Below, in pieces: positions 59,207 through 64,000 of a stretch of 64,000 nt of DNA; position 1 is the first letter of the stretch, and the number at the start of each line of letters is the position of its first letter. The notes beneath the pieces are model-generated. The model was given only the letters and a program-made list of their open reading frames with translations. It ran no database searches and was not told the origin of the DNA. Made by a program: the position numbers and the translations under genes. This DNA comes from Minisyncoccota bacterium. Its GTDB lineage: Bacteria > Patescibacteriota > Minisyncoccia > Phycocordibacterales > PALSA-1337. The stretch spans positions 254,984 to 318,983 of the forward strand of contig JBAZRG010000001.1 of assembly GCA_041663145.1 (NCBI GenBank). The letters are read 5' to 3'.

Positions 59207-60133
59207 ATGATATATGACCTTACTGTGATCGGCGGTGGTCCTGCAGGAGCGGCTGCATCAGTATATGCGGCACGCAAAAGACTCCGTTCTATTGTGATTG
59301 CAAAAGACTGGCTCGGTCAAAGCAATGTCTCGGAAAAGATCGAGAACTGGATAGGCACTGTTGCCATTTCAGGTCTTGAACTATCACAATCACTCGAAAA
59401 ACACGCCAAGGCTTACAGCAAAGATACTTTGGATTTCAAAGATGGTGAGATGTGTCTAAATATTTCCCAAAATAAATCTGACAATATTTTTGATATCAAA
59501 ACAAATAAAGGATCATATAGATCAAAGACGGTTCTCATTTCAGCAGGCAGTCATAGAAGAAAATTGAATGTTCCCGGTGCCGACATATTCGAACATAAGG
59601 GACTGACTTATTGCGCTACTTGCGACGGACCTATGTACTCAGATCAGAATGTTGTGGTTGTGGGTGGAGGTAATGCCGGCTTTGAAAGCGCCGCCCAACT
59701 ACTCGCCTATTGCAAAAGTGTCACATTATTGTCCAGAAGCAATTTCAAGGCAGATCCAGGGACAATAGAAAAAGTGAAAAGCAATCCAAAGATGATTGCT
59801 ATCGAGTATGCAATACCAAAGGAAATAAAAGGTGACAAATTCGTCTCTTCGATTATCTATACCGATACAAAGACAAACAAAGATCATGAATTAAAAGTTA
59901 CGGGAGTTTTTGCTGAGATCGGATCGATACCAAATACGGAATTCGCAAAAGATCTTGTTAAGATGGATCCGTTAAATAGAATCATTGTTGACGCTAAAAA
60001 TCAAAAAACATCGATGGAAGGTATTTGGGCTGCCGGCGATTGTACTGATGGACTCTATCATCAAAACAACATAGCTGCTGGTGATGCAGTCAAAGCCGTA
60101 GAAGATATCTATCTTTGGATTCATGCAAAATGA
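59207..60133 (+). CDS. trxB: thioredoxin-disulfide reductase
   Basis: 308 aa; CATCDG redox-active site, FAD/NADPH GxGxxG motifs. Confidence 0.9.
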   Translation: MIYDLTVIGGGPAGAAASVYAARKRLRSIVIAKDWLGQSNVSEKIENWIGTVAISGLELSQSLEKHAKAYSKDTLDFKDGEMCLNISQNKSDNIFDIKTNKGSYRSKTVLISAGSHRRKLNVPGADIFEHKGLTYCATCDGPMYSDQNVVVVGGGNAGFESAAQLLAYCKSVTLLSRSNFKADPGTIEKVKSNPKMIAIEYAIPKEIKGDKFVSSIIYTDTKTNKDHELKVTGVFAEIGSIPNTEFAKDLVKMDPLNRIIVDAKNQKTSMEGIWAAGDCTDGLYHQNNIAAGDAVKAVEDIYLWIHAK

Positions 60134-60160
60134 TTTCTGCATAATTCCTGCACATTGTCT

Positions 60161-60547
60161 TTAGTCGTTGATTGAGAAAGTCCTGTTTCCTTTCGATATT
60201 ATGCCCTCCAGATTTGCCGTTGCTTCATAACTGAAATTACCTTCAAGGTCATTGGTCACGTCTGCATGACAGCCAAATTGACGAATTTCTATACTCCCAC
60301 TCATGAAATAATCTTTCATAGACATTATCTCCAGTGCATCGAGACATGCAGTGAGATTGAGTCGGGACTGAATTCTTAATTCCCTTTTGTTGACACTCTC
60401 CGAATATGACAAAATCGCGGACATTGTAATCAAGGAAAATGATAATCCGCCCACAACCAAGACAAGCACCGCGGAAAGCGCCAAAAATCCCGAACTTGCG
60501 ACTTTACTTAAGGATCTCGAATTATTATTACCGATCTTGTTGTTCAT
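60161..60547 (-). CDS. pilin-like protein (non-canonical; possibly the 3' part of a frameshifted pseudopilin gene)
   Basis: 128 aa; hydrophobic segment after SSG/F; overlaps upstream prepilin ORF by 20 nt in another frame. Confidence 0.3.
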   Translation of the reverse strand: MNNKIGNNNSRSLSKVASSGFLALSAVLVLVVGGLSFSLITMSAILSYSESVNKRELRIQSRLNLTACLDALEIMSMKDYFMSGSIEIRQFGCHADVTNDLEGNFSYEATANLEGIISKGNRTFSIND

Positions 60548-60722
60548 CGATGATCTCGTTTATAAGCTCATAATTTCCCGTGTGCAATTCGGAGGAATAT
60601 TTGATAAATGTGACCATCAATAAGGACAACAACATGCAATAAATAATGACTTCGACGAGTGTCATGCCTCGCACGACGATGTTTGTTGCGATAAATCCTT
60701 TTTTATATTTATTGATCTCCAT
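60528..60722 (-). CDS. prepilin-type N-terminal cleavage/methylation domain protein (very short)
   Basis: Class III signal ...VVRG|MTLVEVIIY with Glu at +5; only about 46 aa mature length. Confidence 0.4.
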   Translation of the reverse strand: MEINKYKKGFIATNIVVRGMTLVEVIIYCMLLSLLMVTFIKYSSELHTGNYELINEIIDEQQDR

Positions 60723-62145
60723 ATGAAATACTATAAATAACAGGTGCGGTACGAGCCAAAATATAGATCGAATCGTTATCACACGTAATAGTTTGCGGAG
60801 CTACAGGCAAAGAAATATTATTCGACTCCGATTCCGATTCAGATTCCGATCCTGACGCGTCATTTTTGTATATCTGAAATTCTCTGTCATTTTCTCGACT
60901 AGCCAGAAAAAGATGTGACCGATCTCGCACTATTCCATAAACACCACCTCCAATATCCATTGAAACAGGATCTGTGAGTGAATCCAAAGTCGTACTGCCC
61001 CATGAAAATATCTCATGATCGGCTCGAATATTAAATCCACCCGATGTTCGTCCAAAATCCAGACTATCTTCAAAATAAGAAATGACTTTGCCTTCTTGTC
61101 TGGACCAGCCGGACGGAGAAAATACATTTACAATCTCAGGCAAAACCGGATCACTAACATCCATCACCTGCAATTGATCGGGAGCGGCAGTCGCAATATA
61201 TGCTTTATCATTTCGTACGAATATGTCGTTGATTTTGCTGTTGATCTCGACCCCGCCCATCATGTTCAAATTCAGAGGATCACTGACATCAATAATGACA
61301 AATTCTGGACCTTCTCGCTTTTCTGTTCCGAGAAAGATGATGCCATCGTTATAAAAAATACTGCTTGCCATAGCTGGAGTAGCCGTCGCAAATGGCAGTG
61401 GTAGTTTGTACCGATTTTCGAGTTCCATGTTCATAGAATCAGAATGCCCCATCTTTACTACATGAAGACCGAATGCTGTACTTCCTGCCGCGGCGAATAT
61501 CCGATCTTGGACCAGACTCAGAGACACGATACCGGGACCAGTATTTATTGATGACAATAATTCCGGACCATCCGTACCACCCAGACGAAAAATCAAAATA
61601 TCTGGATCTGATGCTATTGCAGAATCGGCAGACACATATGCCACACCACCCCTCACTTCAAAATCAGTAAGTGGCAATAGAGGATCTATGGGTAATAAAT
61701 AAGCAGTAGTCGATAATATCGGATTATTTGGAAAAGATGGATCGTTATCACGCATTAGAGCGATATAAGAGCCTATCGGTCCTTTCGAAGAAAAATCATT
61801 TGAACACATGGGAGTACCGACAAAATCTCCTAAAGAAATATCTAAATCTCGATTTACGGAAACAAAAGGCAAATACTCGCTAGTACTGCCAACATTCGCG
61901 GCGTCAATATTTACGGAAAATATTTTCTCAAAAAGATCGTTACCAAAAGGTCTTATATCTTCCTCGAATGATCCCGCTTCGTAAGCATCAATATATTGAT
62001 TTCGATTCTTAGCATCCAGATATAATCGATGAGAATCGATGATAGCCCCAGTCTGAAGAGATACAAATATCGTACTCAGAACTAAGGCCAAAATTATGTC
62101 CAATAATATAAAGCCGTTATCTTTGTAGGACTTTCGATATGTCAT
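60709..62145 (-). CDS. large pseudopilin-like / pilus-associated protein (prepilin-like N-terminus NG|FILLD, beta-rich body, SESESE repeat)
   Basis: 478 aa; pilin-like N-terminal helix; imperfect hexanucleotide repeat encoding (SE)n near C-terminus. Confidence 0.45.
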   Translation of the reverse strand: MTYRKSYKDNGFILLDIILALVLSTIFVSLQTGAIIDSHRLYLDAKNRNQYIDAYEAGSFEEDIRPFGNDLFEKIFSVNIDAANVGSTSEYLPFVSVNRDLDISLGDFVGTPMCSNDFSSKGPIGSYIALMRDNDPSFPNNPILSTTAYLLPIDPLLPLTDFEVRGGVAYVSADSAIASDPDILIFRLGGTDGPELLSSINTGPGIVSLSLVQDRIFAAAGSTAFGLHVVKMGHSDSMNMELENRYKLPLPFATATPAMASSIFYNDGIIFLGTEKREGPEFVIIDVSDPLNLNMMGGVEINSKINDIFVRNDKAYIATAAPDQLQVMDVSDPVLPEIVNVFSPSGWSRQEGKVISYFEDSLDFGRTSGGFNIRADHEIFSWGSTTLDSLTDPVSMDIGGGVYGIVRDRSHLFLASRENDREFQIYKNDASGSESESESESNNISLPVAPQTITCDNDSIYILARTAPVIYSISYGDQ

Positions 62146-63175
62146 ATATAGGCATCATTATTGATAAAGCGATCGCTCCGACCATGATTCCCATTCCCGC
62201 CATCATGACCGGTTCGATCAGTGCCGTCAGACGTTTCAAGGAATTTTCGATATCCCGGTCTAGAATGCTCGCGGCACGACCAATCGAAAAACCCAAAGTT
62301 CCGGATGCTTCGCCGGCTACCAATAATGCTCCTATGTATGCGGGTATTTTTTTACCAACGATAATATCACCCAACACAATACCTTGTGATAATAATTCAG
62401 ATTTTGGAACAAAATATGTTCTGATCGGAATGAACGATATCGATGCACTGGTATCTTGATAAGCCTGACCGACTGAAGAGCCCGTTTCGATCAAGGATCC
62501 CATTGATCTCAAAAACACAGTCAAAGCGTAATTGAATATAAGACTGCCGATAATCGGAATACCCAAGAGAAAATGATGGAATATATTTTTGATTTTAATG
62601 AATCTTTTATAATGATAACGAGTAATGAAAAACAAGATAGTAATACCGATCAAAATAAAATGACCCCGTGAGACAATTTCCTCGGAAAAAAACATAACTA
62701 TACGCGTCAGCAGAGGTAAATCCGCATTGAGACTTCGAAGCATCGGTATGATCTGTGGCATGACTCCACGAACGAGGCCGATCATCATAAGTACGGAGAA
62801 AATGCCGATGATGACCGGGTATGTCATGGCAGAGAGACACCTCTTCCATAGCTCATCTTCCCTTTCCAAAAGAGAACGACTGTTACGCAGAGCCGAGACT
62901 AGTTGTCCCGATGATTCACCGTATTTGATAATATCTGACGTAGTCTGATTTAGACCCCGAAATCTGGACAATCCTTCCCATAAGGCAATACCTGATTCGA
63001 CTTCTTGCTTTATTTGAATCAAATCGGATATATGCTTCTTTGGAATTCCACGCTTACACAAATCTAAAGCCCTATCGATAGTCAAACCGGCTCCGATATA
63101 TAATTCCAACCTTTCCAGTAAAAAAATAATATTTCTGCGATTCCATTTTGATTTTCTGACCTTTTTCATTGTCAT
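62117..63175 (-). CDS. pilC: type IV pilus assembly platform protein PilC (GspF family)
   Basis: 352 aa; two T2SSF domains. Confidence 0.85.
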   Translation of the reverse strand: MTMKKVRKSKWNRRNIIFLLERLELYIGAGLTIDRALDLCKRGIPKKHISDLIQIKQEVESGIALWEGLSRFRGLNQTTSDIIKYGESSGQLVSALRNSRSLLEREDELWKRCLSAMTYPVIIGIFSVLMMIGLVRGVMPQIIPMLRSLNADLPLLTRIVMFFSEEIVSRGHFILIGITILFFITRYHYKRFIKIKNIFHHFLLGIPIIGSLIFNYALTVFLRSMGSLIETGSSVGQAYQDTSASISFIPIRTYFVPKSELLSQGIVLGDIIVGKKIPAYIGALLVAGEASGTLGFSIGRAASILDRDIENSLKRLTALIEPVMMAGMGIMVGAIALSIMMPIYDISKVLQR

Positions 63176-63180
63176 CTGAA

Positions 63181-64000
63181 TTACGAATTAAAAGAAGAAA
63201 ATAAAACTCGCGACACCTCGACTTTGGTGGTGATACCCCAATTGACTTTTTCCATTCCATCTTCGATGATCGGTCGAAATCCTCGACTGACTACATATCG
63301 CAAACACTCTTCACTCGATGATCTTGATCCTATATGTTGCGACAATCCTGCGTCGACTTCACAGACCTCAGCAATGACAGATCGACCTGAATATCCGCTA
63401 TATCTGCATCTATCGCAACCATCAGTAAAACAACTTTGACATATGGTACGGACCAGACGTTGAGCGATGATGAGCTTGAGTGTCGAAGCCAAGAGATAAT
63501 TGTCGACTCCCATATCTATCAGTCTAGGTATGGCCTCTATGGCGGAATTTGTATGGAGAGTCGACAAAACTAGATGTCCCGTAAGAGCTGTATGAATGAC
63601 AACCTCCGCGGTTTCCCTGTCTCGAATCTCGCCGACCATAATAACGTCCGGATCTTGACGCATGGCAGAACGTAATCCGGCCGCGAATGTTACTCCGTGT
63701 GTGTGCCTAATATGTACCTGACGAACGCCGGCAATCTCGTATTCGATCGGATCTTCCAAAGTGATTATGGATAATGGTTCTCGCGCCTTATCTACAAGAC
63801 AAGTATGAAGTGTGGTTGTTTTTCCTGATCCAGTCGGACCTGTGACTAGGATCAGTCCATGAGGACGTCTCAAAGCAGAATCGATAGATCTAACATGTTC
63901 TGCGGTAAAACCAAGTTTTGTAAAAGAAATATCGGCAGTGATTTTGGCTGGCAATAAACGTATAACGGCATTTTCACCATAATATGTAGGCATAAATGAA
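63181..64000 (-). CDS. pilB: type IV pilus assembly ATPase PilB/GspE family, C-terminal part (N-terminus beyond window)
   Basis: Walker A LVTGPTGSGKTTT, Asp/His boxes, C-terminal tetracysteine (CQSC...CDRC) typical of PilB/GspE. Confidence 0.8.
   Translation of the reverse strand, partial: SFMPTYYGENAVIRLLPAKITADISFTKLGFTAEHVRSIDSALRRPHGLILVTGPTGSGKTTTLHTCLVDKAREPLSIITLEDPIEYEIAGVRQVHIRHTHGVTFAAGLRSAMRQDPDVIMVGEIRDRETAEVVIHTALTGHLVLSTLHTNSAIEAIPRLIDMGVDNYLLASTLKLIIAQRLVRTICQSCFTDGCDRCRYSGYSGRSVIAEVCEVDAGLSQHIGSRSSSEECLRYVVSRGFRPIIEDGMEKVNWGITTKVEVSRVLFSSFNS

Overview
This 64 kb window reads as a low-GC (about 38%), gene-dense chromosomal segment from a reduced-genome bacterium. The gene content and minimal aminoacyl-tRNA synthetases suggest a Patescibacteria/CPR-like organism using the standard genetic code. 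The backbone is housekeeping: gyrB, pheST, rpsB-tsf, prfA-rpmE, eno, gpmA, lepA, murJ, a class II-type ribonucleotide reductase, htpX, lemA, groESL, secG, RNase J, rplY, lepB, a divergent hisS, rpsU, ybeY, ftsA, ftsZ, trxB, and a type IV pilus operon at the right edge. Six tRNA genes (Thr, Phe, Arg, Gly, Ser, plus a tRNA-Phe 3' fragment) and an RNase P RNA gene, none of which an ORF track can show, are identifiable from sequence. The accessory and structural content worth a second look is as follows. (1) At 18.4-22.0 kb, next to tRNA-Gly, four minus-strand genes of unknown or accessory function sit in a row, two of them anomalously GC-rich. Three of these genes are each preceded by a near-identical ~105 nt module carrying a consensus extended -10 promoter and a perfect palindromic operator. 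One sub-module is bounded by 39 bp perfect direct repeats that duplicate the tRNA-Gly 3' end and trailer hairpin. (2) A second GC-rich mini-island next to tRNA-Ser is flanked by 26 nt direct repeats. (3) A conserved extended-hairpin element occurs twice with compensatory base changes in two helices, which makes it a candidate structured RNA. (4) A three-copy MITE family has 21 bp terminal inverted repeats. (5) A cytochrome b5-like plus NOX/ferric-reductase-like two-gene module is unusual for this kind of genome. (6) Short simple-sequence repeats lie inside surface-protein genes. All coordinates derived by reading the raw sequence lines are approximate to within a few nt.
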